From IMG/VR virus record IMGVR_UViG_2917855067_000007: a stretch of DNA of 53,826 nt; one strand, 5' to 3'. Below the pieces are notes generated by a model. That model was not told the DNA's origin. It saw only the letters and a list, made by a program, of their open reading frames with translations, and did no database searches. A program made the position numbers and the translations under genes. Shown one piece after another: positions 35,293 to 45,428 of this stretch. The first letter of the stretch is position 1. Every line of letters begins with the position of its first letter. Origin of the DNA: a virus. Its lineage: Duplodnaviria > Heunggongvirae > Uroviricota > Caudoviricetes.

Positions 35293-35445
35293 CAGTGTTC
35301 ACCTTTTAGTGATGAACCTTGTCACACAGGATTCCGGCCCACAGAAAGGCACCGATCACCAAACCGGCATCCTCAAGGGTCATCCTGAAAGGTTCTGTGT
35401 TCATAAGTCGCGCGTGTGAAGCGCGTTTACTGCGGACATAAAAAA

Positions 35446-35464
35446 AGCCCCGCATCGCGAGGCT
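35446..35464 (-). terminator. terminator downstream of Rz/Rz1
   Basis: imperfect GC hairpin followed by a 7-U run on the minus strand. Confidence 0.5.
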
Positions 35465-35495
35465 CATTAAATTGACTTTGTGATTTGCAAAAAAA

Positions 35496-35933
35496 TTATT
35501 TCAGGCATTGCGTCCTGATGTACTCCTGCAGGTAGTTAACCTGCGCGGTTATCTTGTCGATTCCACTTCGGAGACGGTAATAATTGAGTTCAGCATCTGC
35601 TGTAAGTCTTGGGCTTTCTCCATCGCCCATGCCGCTGGCTCCGGTCGTTGACTTTGCACAGGTGGCGGCGACTTGCAGGCGCTTACGCCCAGCAGAAACA
35701 TCAGCACGAAGACTTTCGATAGTAGCGTTAGCATCAGCAAGCTCCTTTGTATATCTGGCGTCGAGTTCTGCTACATCACGTTGACGCTTCTGCATGTCAG
35801 CGATAATGGATGCGGCCTTATCACGCTGCTTTTTGTAGGTGATGGCGTTATCACGGTAATGATTAACAGCCCATGACAGACAGACGATGATGCAGATAAC
35901 CAGAGCGGAGATAATCGCGGTGACTCTGCTCAT
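35496..35933 (-). CDS. Rz: i-spanin Rz
   Basis: starts [34 protein letters not shown]; N-terminal TM plus coiled coil; overlaps R stop (ATGA). Confidence 0.9.
   Translation of the reverse strand: MSRVTAIISALVICIIVCLSWAVNHYRDNAITYKKQRDKAASIIADMQKRQRDVAELDARYTKELADANATIESLRADVSAGRKRLQVAATCAKSTTGASGMGDGESPRLTADAELNYYRLRSGIDKITAQVNYLQEYIRTQCLK
35549..35734 (-). CDS. Rz1: o-spanin Rz1 lipoprotein, embedded in Rz
   Basis: +1 frame inside Rz; lipobox LLGVSAC then Pro-rich mature region. Confidence 0.8.
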   Translation of the reverse strand: MLTLLSKVFVLMFLLGVSACKSPPPVQSQRPEPAAWAMEKAQDLQQMLNSIITVSEVESTR

Positions 35934-36427
35934 TGTTGCCCCCACAAACAGACCTCACGCTCAATCTCACGACGAGTCATCAGGCCTTTCCATTGCTTAC
36001 CGCCAGCGTATGTCCAGCGACGTAGCTGGTCACATGCGCCCTTGATATCGCCCTGGTTTATTTTGCGAAGAAGAGTAGATGTTCTGAAATTGCCTGCGCC
36101 CACGTTATAGACGAACGAGTAAAGAGCGCCGCGCGTTGTTTCCGGTATATCGACTTTGATGTACGGGTTAATTTGTCTGGCGACAGTGGCAAGGTCTTTA
36201 TTCAGGAGGGCTTTGCATTCTGCTTCGGTATACGTTTTACCGAGCATAATGTCTTTTCCGGTGTGCCCGTAACATACAGTCCATACGCCAACGATATCTT
36301 TATATGGTATGTAGCTGACACCTTCCAGACCATCGTCACCACTCGGACCAGTGATGAGCACAGACGCTATGGCAACAGCCCCACCACCAATAGCAGCTGC
36401 AACAGCCTTGCGTAATGATGGCGACAT
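35930..36427 (-). CDS. R: SAR endolysin, phage-21 type
   Basis: 165 aa; N-terminal signal-anchor-release segment then lysozyme domain. Confidence 0.9.
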   Translation of the reverse strand: MSPSLRKAVAAAIGGGAVAIASVLITGPSGDDGLEGVSYIPYKDIVGVWTVCYGHTGKDIMLGKTYTEAECKALLNKDLATVARQINPYIKVDIPETTRGALYSFVYNVGAGNFRTSTLLRKINQGDIKGACDQLRRWTYAGGKQWKGLMTRREIEREVCLWGQQ

Positions 36428-36642
36428 TATTCACCTCTCGCAGCCTTACGCTTATCTTCTTTAATCTTGAAATAAAGGTTTGTCAGGTACGTCAGCAGGC
36501 CAAATACCAGACTACCCAGCACACCTATTGCCGCCCACTGTGATGGCGTGACTTTATCGAGCAACTGTAAAAACCAGTAGCCAGCACTGCCTGCAGAGGT
36601 GCCATAGGCGACACCTGTTGTTAACTTATCCATTGATTTCAT
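36427..36642 (-). CDS. S: pinholin S, phage-21 type
   Basis: 71 aa [26 protein letters not shown]...; two TM segments; dual-start motif. Confidence 0.9.
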
Positions 36643-36864
36643 ATCCTCACCCCGATGTACACGGATGGTGCAATATGTTTGAAAAGATCGGAGTCTACGG
36701 GTTAGTTTTTACAGCAAACGTTGTTCTCAACGACGCTCAAAAAACAGAAAATTAAAAATAATGTGGTTAAATATTTTAAAAGAAAAACCATCTATTAAAT
36801 AATAATGCGGGATATATTTTTCTATTTAGTGTAATGTATACGGCCATTTATACAGGAAAAGCCT

Positions 36865-37035
36865 ATGTCAGAACGTAAAGACTCAAAATCACGCCGTAAT
36901 TATCTCGTAAAATGTTCCTGCCCACACTGTACCCAAGAATCAGAACACAGTTTTTCTAGAGTACAAAAAGGTGCCCTTTTGATCTGCCCTCATTGCAACA
37001 AAGTATTCCAAACAAATCTTAAAGCTGTTGCCTGA
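36865..37035 (+). CDS. small zinc-ribbon protein, 56 aa
   Basis: ATG with AGGAAAAG upstream; CxC...HC and CPHC pairs; convergent with late genes; not in ORF track. Confidence 0.35.
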   Translation: MSERKDSKSRRNYLVKCSCPHCTQESEHSFSRVQKGALLICPHCNKVFQTNLKAVA

Positions 37036-37100
37036 GTGTTTTGATTACTTACAAAGAGTTTTTATATTTTAATAATATATTTAAATCAGATAATAAAAAA

Positions 37101-37114
37101 CCCGCCTGCGCGGG
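37101..37114. terminator. bidirectional terminator between csp and the zinc-ribbon ORF
   Basis: hairpin cccgc-ctgc-gcggg flanked by A-run upstream and T-run downstream. Confidence 0.6.
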
Positions 37115-37316
37115 TTTGAGATTGTGGTGCTTTTTGTGGTAGTTACCCACTTACGCACTTTGTATTGCTATGCCAGCAGTTAGCTTCTACTGTAAAACTA
37201 TTCATGCAGCAAACCTGCACTTCACCACAAAATGGGATTCAATACCCACAACTCTATCTGCATCTCTACTCAGGCATCAGCCTTCTTCGTTATCGTATAC
37301 AGACAAGCTATGAATT

Positions 37317-37532
37317 TTAATCAGTAATAATGACATTTGCTGCTGCAGGACCTTTAGCACCACTCTCTACAGAGAAGGTAACCTTTTGGCCTTCAAATAA
37401 GGTTCGATAATTATCATTCTGAATTGCAGAAAAATGCACAAACACATCTTTACTACCATCAACAGGAGAAATAAAGCCAAAACCTTTATCAGCGTTAAAC
37501 CATTTTACTAAACCAGTCATTTTATTTGACAT
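37317..37532 (-). CDS. cold shock protein (CspA family)
   Basis: 71 aa [38 protein letters not shown]...; RNP motifs. Confidence 0.9.
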   Translation of the reverse strand: MSNKMTGLVKWFNADKGFGFISPVDGSKDVFVHFSAIQNDNYRTLFEGQKVTFSVESGAKGPAAANVIITD

Positions 37533-37774
37533 TCTACATTCCTTAACTTGAGCCTTTCGGCATAAATGATTTGTATAACAGAAACGACTTCGTACTTAAT
37601 TGGAGAGACTCAAAGAAGGAATAAGTGAATAACACCTGAAATGAGAACTGCTTTAGTAAACTACTTCGTATATCGTCTGTTCTTCAAACCGACGCAGCCA
37701 TTAACGCATAGTTGTACACTTGGAAGCAATGTTTATTTTAGACATCCAGCCACCTCCCCATTTAAAACACAAAA

Positions 37775-37792
37775 ACCCGCTCATTAGCGGGT
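37775..37792 (-). terminator. tR'-like terminator downstream of the putative late promoter
   Basis: hairpin acccgct-catt-agcgggt followed by UUUUUGUGUUUU on the minus strand. Confidence 0.6.
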
Positions 37793-37900
37793 TTTCTACT
37801 TTTTCTCAACACCGGACATACAAAGCCCATCGTTGAGAAAATCCTATCCATATTTTTTGAAAAATGCAAGCATCATGTCGATATCTTCGGCGAAAATTAT
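37793..37900 (-). promoter_or_regulatory. putative late promoter pR' and qut region
   Basis: minus-strand TTGCAT, 17 nt, TAGGAT just downstream of the Q stop; 10 nt inverted repeat TTTCTCAAC/GTTGAGAAA before the terminator. Confidence 0.3.
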
Positions 37901-38653
37901 TTATCTTGTCACCTTTCTCAACTGTGCTTCTGCATATGCTTCTTCCTGCCAGCACTTTGTAACCAGTTTATCAATAACATCAGCATACCCCTTGTACCAC
38001 TGATAATCCGTCAGGTCCGGTACCAGTTTCTGGACATGATGCCGCGCCAGTGTGGTTGGTAAACGGCTAAACCGGTTTCCATTGCAACGCCCACAAATCT
38101 TATAAACAGGCGTGCCATGAAGCCGGGTCCTTTTTTCATCCAGGACAATACCTTTACCCTTACACCCTCTGCACGCTGTGCTGACTTCTCCCTTACCATG
38201 ACAATGCTGACATAGTTCCTTCACCCACTCTTCCTTGATAACGGATTCCCCGCTTCTGGAATGTTTCACCACTTCGCGCAATACATTATGAAATCCCGTA
38301 CCAGCACAATGCTCACAGCGAGCCTTACTTGCCGCAGACCTGGAATAATCAGCAAAGGCAAAATTCACGAGGTAAGGAATAATCTGTAACCGTGTTTCTG
38401 CACTCAATTTATTCAATGTCGGGTTATCCAGTGCCATCGCGTAATTGAGCAGACCTTCAATCGCAAACTGAGGGTCCTGAACACCAACTTTTGCCAGGAA
38501 TAAGGCAAACCCAAGCGGTGCTTTCGACTGCACCATCCCCTGCGCAGCCATCACATCCGTAATTGATAAACCACCTGAGTCTGTCGCCGGTGCGTCATCG
38601 CTCAATTTTGGAGATTTTGGGGAGTAATATTTTGGTAAGGCCTCAAGATTCAT
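37901..38653 (-). CDS. Q-like late antiterminator
   Basis: 250 aa from ATG at 38651-38653; CxxC...CxxC zinc-finger pairs; sits between the nin genes and the lysis cassette; assignment mainly by position. Confidence 0.55.
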   Translation of the reverse strand: MNLEALPKYYSPKSPKLSDDAPATDSGGLSITDVMAAQGMVQSKAPLGFALFLAKVGVQDPQFAIEGLLNYAMALDNPTLNKLSAETRLQIIPYLVNFAFADYSRSAASKARCEHCAGTGFHNVLREVVKHSRSGESVIKEEWVKELCQHCHGKGEVSTACRGCKGKGIVLDEKRTRLHGTPVYKICGRCNGNRFSRLPTTLARHHVQKLVPDLTDYQWYKGYADVIDKLVTKCWQEEAYAEAQLRKVTR

Positions 38654-38869
38654 TCTCGCTCTCCATTTACACCAGCACGCCAATTGGCAGCAAAAAACAA
38701 TAAAACGGCATCAACCGATCGTTATCTCTGGCTTCATACAATTGTCTCTGCCAGTGTTTTGGCGTAATTCTTCAGTATCCGGTAATCGGTCAAAACAGAA
38801 CCGGGAAACGATATAAGCGCAGGCGCACCCAGCGGTAGCGAAGGAGTTCTGCCATATATGACTCACACA

Positions 38870-39232
38870 TCATTCATCCCCCAGTTCGGTGATGATCAGT
38901 TCCAGCTTTCCACCCTTGGTAACGGGCATTTTCACAACGCGATAATCAACGACCTGAGCATCATCCAGCCAGAAACCTGCTTTGGTGAGTGCGTCAAAAG
39001 CTGCTTTTTGCAGATTATCCAGGTCACGGCGACGGCGATCCGGCATGTGGCACTCAATACGGATTTTCACTGGCATAGCCAGACCGATATCCAGCATGGA
39101 GCCTTTGATGATTCGGGCGACGTTATCGCGGTATACCTGCCCCTCTGCGCTGATGTGCGTGCGCCCGCGATTATGGCGGTAGTAGCGGTTATTGCTCGGC
39201 GGCCAGGGTAGTGTGATGTAGTAAGTATTCAC
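38870..39232 (-). CDS. rusA: Holliday junction resolvase RusA
   Basis: GTG start giving (M)[30 protein letters not shown]; RusA family. Confidence 0.85.
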   Translation of the reverse strand: MNTYYITLPWPPSNNRYYRHNRGRTHISAEGQVYRDNVARIIKGSMLDIGLAMPVKIRIECHMPDRRRRDLDNLQKAAFDALTKAGFWLDDAQVVDYRVVKMPVTKGGKLELIITELGDE

Positions 39233-39519
39233 GCCTTGATTACCCCTTCTTTCAGCCAGATAACCTGCGTTCTCGCCATACCTTCCAGCGCGCATTCTTT
39301 TGCATATCCAGCGTCAACAAAATTCGTGCGACGGTCGATCTCATCGTGACAGGCAGAACATGCAATGGTGGCAATCAGGTCTGGCGGTTTAATACCGGTG
39401 CCGCACAATCCAGCCAGCCGGATATGTGCCAGTACAGACGTTTCAGGGTTGCCATTACATACGCCAGGGATTCTTACCTGGCATTCCCGACCACGCGCTG
39501 CTTTTCTCAAATCAGCCAT
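39229..39519 (-). CDS. ybcO: YbcO-like protein (DUF1364)
   Basis: 96 aa [35 protein letters not shown]... matches DLP12 YbcO as recalled. Confidence 0.8.
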   Translation of the reverse strand: MADLRKAARGRECQVRIPGVCNGNPETSVLAHIRLAGLCGTGIKPPDLIATIACSACHDEIDRRTNFVDAGYAKECALEGMARTQVIWLKEGVIKA

Positions 39520-39682
39520 GATTCCTCCTTGCTGCCAGTCGCAACCATTTTTTATCAACCAGGCTGGCGGTATATCCGAGCAGTGTTGGTATTTCGGATG
39601 GCTTCAGCTCAGGCTTACGCTTACGACGATTTGGTACTCTGTAGATGTGTCCGTTCATGACACGAATAAGCGGTGTAGCCAT
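39513..39682 (-). CDS. ninE: NinE
   Basis: 56 aa [37 protein letters not shown]...; overlaps ybcN stop and ybcO start; not in ORF track. Confidence 0.7.
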
Positions 39683-40137
39683 TACGCCTCCTGCTTGTCG
39701 CGCAGTAGCTGGAACTCGCAGCTCTGCGGAATAGTCAGGTGGCAGCCAATATTCATCGCCCAGGCTTCAACCTTACACAGGAAGACATACATCTCTCCGG
39801 TATCAAGATCGGAGGTATGGCGTAACGACTGGATCGTAGTGATTTCACCGGTTACGACATCAACCAGGTCTTTGGTTTCATAACCGAGGTATGTGTGTTT
39901 GAGAGCATCTTTTACCCATGCTGCAGTAGCGAACGTTTTACCCCTGCTGATGAGGTATTCACTGATTTCGCTGTACCACATGTGGCTGAGTGCATTCTGG
40001 GAAAGACTGCGTTTCTCACGCCACGGTTTAAGCACCATGCGAAAGCATTTTCCGTCCTCCAGATAAGGCTGGATCTGCTGGCCGATAGCGGTGAAGTTGC
40101 CGCGATGTAATTTGATGCCGTCTTGTGGGAGGTTCAC
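39682..40137 (-). CDS. ybcN: YbcN-like protein, in the NinB position
   Basis: 151 aa [39 protein letters not shown]... matches DLP12 YbcN as recalled. Confidence 0.8.
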   Translation of the reverse strand: MNLPQDGIKLHRGNFTAIGQQIQPYLEDGKCFRMVLKPWREKRSLSQNALSHMWYSEISEYLISRGKTFATAAWVKDALKHTYLGYETKDLVDVVTGEITTIQSLRHTSDLDTGEMYVFLCKVEAWAMNIGCHLTIPQSCEFQLLRDKQEA

Positions 40138-40327
40138 GCTTCACCTCCGCAGAGGTCAAACGTTGGATGCAAAGAACCACAGGTGCATTTCTGCATCTGT
40201 GACGGTAGAAGAGAGTTTGGATTGTATGCGCGCATAAACGTCCCCGTTTAGCGCAGAAGTCACCGGAGTTGTTCAAGCTCCGATGACTTTATTATTACGA
40301 ATTGATTTTACAAAATCAAAAGGTATG

Positions 40328-40780
40328 TTAGTGACGCGGGTCTGTTATTATGCGAGAAGGGTTTCCGTATAAAACAAGGACCTTACTTCCTTGAGTAAAT
40401 AACGGCTCTTTGCCTTGAACAATGGTCATTAAATTCCCATTCTCAGTTTCGACAACATATTCCATGCCTGTTTGTTTTGTTGCTGAAGATTCGATTGCTG
40501 CCCCGGCAATACCACCAATGACTGCACCACCAACGGCACCAACGATATTAGAACGAACTCCCCCACCAAGCGCAGAACCAGCGGTTGCCCCCACGGCAGC
40601 CCCAGCAGTCCCGCCTAACGCGGAAGTCCCACTGATATCAACCCCCCTGGCACTAATAACTGTACCAGCGATAGTTCGATTAACCATGCCCACAGAGCCA
40701 ACAGAATAACTATTTGGCGATATATTTTGTGCGCATCCAACCAACACTAAGAGTGGAGCAATTACGAATAATCGCTTCAT
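40328..40780 (-). CDS. SlyB/Pcp-like glycine-zipper outer membrane lipoprotein
   Basis: 150 aa; lipobox LLVLVGC; Gly/Ala zipper; C-terminal block resembling SlyB; low-GC DNA. Confidence 0.65.
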   Translation of the reverse strand: MKRLFVIAPLLVLVGCAQNISPNSYSVGSVGMVNRTIAGTVISARGVDISGTSALGGTAGAAVGATAGSALGGGVRSNIVGAVGGAVIGGIAGAAIESSATKQTGMEYVVETENGNLMTIVQGKEPLFTQGSKVLVLYGNPSRIITDPRH

Positions 40781-41337
40781 TTAGCTACCCTAACAGGAAA
40801 CATTGGACGAGAAAGATCAACACTTTCTAATGCTTGCAAGAACTGCGTTATGTTGTTTTGCACCGCGCGATTAACAGATTCGCGTGCTCGAACAATACCG
40901 TAGAATGCGTAACTGGCTGGAACAGTACCGGTAGACTCAATATCCTGCGTATATATAATATCACCATTCGCACGGTTGATTATTTCATACCTTGCAATTG
41001 CTTTAGTTGTCATTGAAACACCAAAAGCAGGAACGTCAAGAGCCAACACTTTAACATTTAAGCTAACCGTATTTGGTGAACTATCACGAAAAATAGTCAT
41101 TCGGTCGAGTGCTTCCTGCAAAGATTCACGCCAAATTGGAGTTATAGCCTCCATACCAGCAGTGATATCCCCTTTCTGCTCATCTGGACGAGCAAGTGAT
41201 ACCGTTAATGACTTAATTTCAGCATCTATTTTTTTCTGGCTAACTCCCACGTTAGGTGTTGAAAAATTCAATGGTGGCACACTAGCGCAACCTGTTAAAG
41301 AACCAATAATCATGGCTAATAATATTATCTTCTTCAT
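40777..41337 (-). CDS. lipoprotein of unknown function
   Basis: 186 aa; lipobox GSLTGC; stop overlaps the SlyB-like start; low-GC DNA. Confidence 0.5.
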   Translation of the reverse strand: MKKIILLAMIIGSLTGCASVPPLNFSTPNVGVSQKKIDAEIKSLTVSLARPDEQKGDITAGMEAITPIWRESLQEALDRMTIFRDSSPNTVSLNVKVLALDVPAFGVSMTTKAIARYEIINRANGDIIYTQDIESTGTVPASYAFYGIVRARESVNRAVQNNITQFLQALESVDLSRPMFPVRVAK

Positions 41338-41594
41338 AAATTTACCTTATTGTTATAACCAAAGGAATTATAAAGTAAAAAAAGTTCACTATCACTAGCC
41401 ATTAACGACATCAATTTCAGAGAAACATGGTACTCATTTCCACAAATTTGACACAAGTCATTTTCATCTACATATTCCATCATACTTGATGCATATGTTA
41501 TTGAAGCCTCTATCCTATCCGTTCATAATAGCAATAGTTACCCGGGTGATAGTACCTCTATGATTACTCGTCTTTCTGATTGATTGGATTAAAT

Positions 41595-41786
41595 ATGCGC
41601 GCCAAAATTTATCAACTTTCGTTATGGATATTTATTTCGTTTCTAGCGATCTATGCCTTTATTATCTATAAAGGTTCTTATATTGGAGTAGCATTGCATC
41701 AAATTGCTTGGATCATCATTATTGCCTCTGGCTTGATTGCTAGGCTAACTAAACCAAAGCAAAAACCAATTTCGTCCAATAATTAG
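41595..41786 (+). CDS. small 2-TM membrane protein
   Basis: 63 aa from ATG at 41595; two hydrophobic helices then a basic tail; divergent from the lipoprotein operon. Confidence 0.35.
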   Translation: MRAKIYQLSLWIFISFLAIYAFIIYKGSYIGVALHQIAWIIIIASGLIARLTKPKQKPISSNN

Positions 41787-41823
41787 ACATGTATTAAAAA
41801 AATGATATTTTTATGTACATAGT

Positions 41824-42117
41824 CTATTGAAAATTGCCGCGATAAAATGCCAACACCCGCTTCATCGCGGCACTCTGGCGACACTCCTTGAAAATCAGAT
41901 TCGTGCTCACCTTTCCTTCCCGTTCTTCCCTGGTAGCGAACCGGTAATACACCGTTCGCCAGACCTTACCATCAATGACTAAGATTCCTGTCCGCGCCAT
42001 TTTAGCCGCAGCCTGATTTATGCTGGTTACTGTTGCGCCTGTTACCGCAGCAACGTCCTGCGCACAGAAGCTCTTATGCGTCCCCAGGTAATGAATAATT
42101 GCTTCTTTTCCCGTCAT
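41824..42117 (-). CDS. ren: Ren
   Basis: 97 aa MTGKEAIIHYLGTHKSFCAQDVAAVTGATVTSINQAAAKMAR... matches lambda Ren. Confidence 0.85.
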   Translation of the reverse strand: MTGKEAIIHYLGTHKSFCAQDVAAVTGATVTSINQAAAKMARTGILVIDGKVWRTVYYRFATREEREGKVSTNLIFKECRQSAAMKRVLAFYRGNFQ

Positions 42118-42815
42118 ACACTGGCTCCTTTCAGTCCGAACTTAGCTTTGATTTCTGCGATCTTCGCCAGAGCCTGTGCACGATTTAGAGGTCTACCGCC
42201 CATGACAGGAAGTTGTTTTACTGGTTCAGGTATAGCCTCACCACGGTTAATTCGCGCGGTCATACAGGACAGTTCATCGGCAGCCTTGCGCCGTAATTCC
42301 GCGTCAGTCAACGCATTGGCCCGCATGTTCTGGTACAGATTGGTAACCAGCCAGTAGTGCGCGTTTGATTTCCACGGATAAGACTCTGCATCTGGATACA
42401 GTCCACGCTTCCGGCAATACTCGTAAACCATATCAACCAGCTCGCTGGCGTTTGGCAGTCCGGCAATAACGGATGCTTCTTCCCGGCACCAGGCGACAAA
42501 CTGCCCGGGTGATGGCAGGAATGGTCGATTCTGCCGACGGGCTACGCGCATTCCAGCGTTAACCTGTTCCATCGTGGTGATCCCATTTTCCCGGAAAGCC
42601 AGAACCCACTGGCGGCGGATTTCGTTCAGTTCATTCTGGTCCCGGTTAGCCAGGCTCGCCGGGAAAGTTGCCAGTAACTGGCTGAACACACCATTGATAA
42701 TCTGCGCTACCTGCTGTACCTGCGGCTTTTCGTCGTACTGTTCCGGCATGTTATTGGCGATCCGGCGCATCTGCTCACGGTCAAAATTAACCATCTGTGC
42801 GGCGATGTTTTTCAT
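42114..42815 (-). CDS. P: replication protein P (DnaB loader)
   Basis: 233 aa, lambda P-like. Confidence 0.95.
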   Translation of the reverse strand: MKNIAAQMVNFDREQMRRIANNMPEQYDEKPQVQQVAQIINGVFSQLLATFPASLANRDQNELNEIRRQWVLAFRENGITTMEQVNAGMRVARRQNRPFLPSPGQFVAWCREEASVIAGLPNASELVDMVYEYCRKRGLYPDAESYPWKSNAHYWLVTNLYQNMRANALTDAELRRKAADELSCMTARINRGEAIPEPVKQLPVMGGRPLNRAQALAKIAEIKAKFGLKGASV

Positions 42816-43741
42816 AGCTCCACCCCGTAAATCCAGTCAGTGTTCGTCAGGTCGAGTTTTGGCTTGCCGGCTGTCACGCCAGCCTGTTGCTTGTTTCGGT
42901 TGATTTCGAGCTGGGTCCACTTGTCGCGGAGTTTGGCCGGACTCAGCACGTTACCGGACCAGAAGTTGTCCTGGCATGCCCAGCGGAACAGCACGCACAT
43001 GTCGCGGTGGTTACGTCCGTCACGTTCACGCATCAGGCGGATATCGTTAGCCCACCCTGCAAAATTCGGTTTTCTGGCTGATGGCGCGATGGTCTTCACC
43101 ATGTCAAACATCCACTCTGCGGCGGTCAGGTCTTCTGCTGTCCCCCACTTGCTGCCGCTCTGAATTGCAGCATTCGGTTTCTCCACAGGAAGATCGTTTT
43201 CTGGCTGGTCAGAGGATTCGCCAGAATTCTCGGACGAAAAAGGTTTTATATTGTCTTTTGTTAGTTTGTCTTTTGTGTTTACCTGATTCGGGTAAACGCC
43301 TTTACCTGATTTAGGTAAACTTTTCTTACCTGATTCAGGTAAATTTACCTCTTTCAGGTAAACTTTATTTTTCTTACCTGATTCGGGTAATGTTGACCAT
43401 TCACTGACCACATTATTGATGCCGATATTCCGCCCGCTCTGAATAAAAATCCCACGCTTTACCAGAACACTTTTTGCAGCAGAACACTTGTGCGGCAATA
43501 TCCCGGTCAACTCGGAAAGTTGCTCGTTGCTCACCCAATCCAGTTTTTTATTAAAGCCATATGTTTTGCGCATGACAGCCAGGAAGACCAGAAGCTGGTG
43601 CTGTGTTAATCCGGCCAGCATCACAGCTTCCAGCAACTCATTTGCAATGCGCGTATAACCATCATCGAGATCTGCCACGCGCGGCTCCTTTTGTGCCACA
43701 TCCGGCACTGGAAAATTGAATATCTCAGCAGTGTTTGCCAT
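42812..43741 (-). CDS. O: replication initiator O
   Basis: ATG at 43739-43741 with GGGAGG; N-terminal DNA-binding domain, iterons inside the gene, C-terminal P-interaction domain. Confidence 0.9.
   Translation of the reverse strand: MANTAEIFNFPVPDVAQKEPRVADLDDGYTRIANELLEAVMLAGLTQHQLLVFLAVMRKTYGFNKKLDWVSNEQLSELTGILPHKCSAAKSVLVKRGIFIQSGRNIGINNVVSEWSTLPESGKKNKVYLKEVNLPESGKKSLPKSGKGVYPNQVNTKDKLTKDNIKPFSSENSGESSDQPENDLPVEKPNAAIQSGSKWGTAEDLTAAEWMFDMVKTIAPSARKPNFAGWANDIRLMRERDGRNHRDMCVLFRWACQDNFWSGNVLSPAKLRDKWTQLEINRNKQQAGVTAGKPKLDLTNTDWIYGVEL
43281..43390. repeat. replication origin iterons (five ~18 bp repeats) within O
   Basis: repeats of tacctgattcaggtaaa-type sequence with adjacent AT-rich tract at 43240-43280. 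Confidence 0.8.
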
Positions 43742-43827
43742 AATTCCTCCCGCAATGAGTGCGTTACGATTTGCACCTGAAAGTCGGTTCTGTTCCAGCA
43801 GACCGGCTTTCGCCATTTCTGAACCTG

Positions 43828-44373
43828 TCATATCGCCCCCAGCATGGTGGTGACCATCGCCATCAATGGACCAGCCAGATCCGGGTCCACACGAAACATC
43901 GACACAATGCCTTCACTCATCTCCTTCAGTTTCTGGTGGCGTGGCGCGTTGAGAATGACAGCCTGTTTTGCTTCACTGAGTTCCTTTTCCATTTCAGCCA
44001 GCCGAGCCATGAAGCTATCCTGCTTAACCAGGTAACCGCGATATTCCAGCGGTAGTACCGCCAGAATTGCCGGGGTCAGTTCACGCACGTTATTTCGGTA
44101 TTTTTCAGAATCGAATTTGTTATCGAGGAAGCGGAACAGCTTCTGGCGTGCACGGCTGACATCATCAGGGAAATCGATGGTGCCGCCGCCCTGCTCCCGA
44201 TACTCATTCACAATGAGTGCGGCAACAACATCCTGATTATCTGCAGCCGACCAGGCGCGAACGGCATCACGGATTTTTTCGTGGCCTGGCACCTGTTTTG
44301 TTTGAGAACGATTTATCACCGCAGTCGGGCTAAATCCGCTAGTCTGTTGGTATGTAAGTGGTTGCATAGTCAT
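43828..44373 (-). CDS. regulatory protein in the cII position
   Basis: 181 aa between cro-like gene and O; no lambda CII similarity; family not identified. Confidence 0.35.
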   Translation of the reverse strand: MTMQPLTYQQTSGFSPTAVINRSQTKQVPGHEKIRDAVRAWSAADNQDVVAALIVNEYREQGGGTIDFPDDVSRARQKLFRFLDNKFDSEKYRNNVRELTPAILAVLPLEYRGYLVKQDSFMARLAEMEKELSEAKQAVILNAPRHQKLKEMSEGIVSMFRVDPDLAGPLMAMVTTMLGAI

Positions 44374-44397
44374 TGCCTTATCAGTTAACGCCGCAGT

Positions 44398-44628
44398 TTA
44401 GGCGGCAGAATTACTCGCGTTAAACAATGGTGCGAGGTCGGGACGAATATCTGCTGGTTTAATCTTTCCACCAGTGGCTGAGACAATTTTCATTACATAG
44501 CGGGCATCAATTCCGCCACCGTGTAGCCAACGCCAAACAGTGGGTTGGGCTACACCGCATAGATCTGCCAGTCGTTTTTGACTACCTGTAATACTGATTG
44601 CGAGTTGAATGGTTTGATTTGTCATCAT
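44398..44628 (-). CDS. cro: Cro-like HTH repressor (YdaS-like)
   Basis: 76 aa; HTH SQKRLADLCGVAQPTVWRW; divergent from cI. Confidence 0.7.
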   Translation of the reverse strand: MMTNQTIQLAISITGSQKRLADLCGVAQPTVWRWLHGGGIDARYVMKIVSATGGKIKPADIRPDLAPLFNASNSAA

Positions 44629-44631
44629 CAA

Positions 44632-44735
44632 TTCCTATTGGTATTGCAATGAATGGATAATAGCAATGCGTATTAATCCAAGCAATAGCAAAACGTGTTT
44701 TGACCATCAATACGCAAGCGTATAAATTAAAACTT
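44632..44735. promoter_or_regulatory. OR region with divergent pR and pRM
   Basis: minus strand: TTGCTT, 17 nt, TATTAT (pR); plus strand: TTGACC...TATAAA ending a few nt before the cI ATG (leaderless-like); palindrome ATTGCAAT and AATAGCAAT-type motifs. Confidence 0.5.
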
Positions 44736-45428
44736 ATGAAAAAAGAAACTCTTGCTGATCGCTTAAACCTAGCGATGGAACAATCTGGAATGTCTCAAGG
44801 CGCTCTTGCAAAGGCGTCTGGCGTAGCTCAACCCACAATCTGGAGACTGACAAGCGGCAACGCGCGCGGCTCAACAAAAATTGTTGAAATAGCTAATGCA
44901 TTGGGTGTTCGAACAGAGTGGCTCTCATCAGGCATAGGCCCGATGAGAAATGACGGTCAACAATCAGGGAAGCCTGCTGTCAACCATTCCAAATACTTCA
45001 AGATTGACGTTCTTGATATAGAAGTCAGTGCCGGGCCGGGTGTCATCAACCGTGAGTTTGTAGAAGTCCTACGCTCGGTTGAGTACTCGTTTGACGATGC
45101 TCGTCACATGTTCGATGGCAGGAAGGCGGAAAATATCCGCATCATTAACGTGCGTGGTGACAGCATGTCAGGAACTATCGAACCAGGTGATCTGCTGTTC
45201 GTTGATATCACGGTTAAATCTTTCGACGGTGATGGTATCTATGCGTTTCTGTATGACGACACAGCCCATGTAAAGCGCCTGCAAATGATGAAGGATAAGC
45301 TACTGGTCATCTCTGATAACAAAAGCTACTCACCGTGGGACCCGATCGAGAAAGACGAGATGAACCGGGTATTCATCTTCGGTAAGGTTATTGGGAGCAT
45401 GCCGCAGACGTATAGGAAACATGGTTAA
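44736..45428 (+). CDS. cI: CI repressor (XRE HTH plus LexA-like S24 peptidase domain)
   Basis: 230 aa; HTH MSQGALAKASGVAQPTIWRL; C-terminal GDSMSGTIEPGDLLFVD and K residue of S24 self-cleavage domain. Confidence 0.85.
   Translation: MKKETLADRLNLAMEQSGMSQGALAKASGVAQPTIWRLTSGNARGSTKIVEIANALGVRTEWLSSGIGPMRNDGQQSGKPAVNHSKYFKIDVLDIEVSAGPGVINREFVEVLRSVEYSFDDARHMFDGRKAENIRIINVRGDSMSGTIEPGDLLFVDITVKSFDGDGIYAFLYDDTAHVKRLQMMKDKLLVISDNKSYSPWDPIEKDEMNRVFIFGKVIGSMPQTYRKHG

Noticed and set aside
43281-43390. Short tandem repeats that could be mistaken for a CRISPR array
   Set aside because: Repeats are ~18 bp, imperfect, lie inside the O reading frame and match the lambdoid origin iteron pattern; no spacers and no cas genes.
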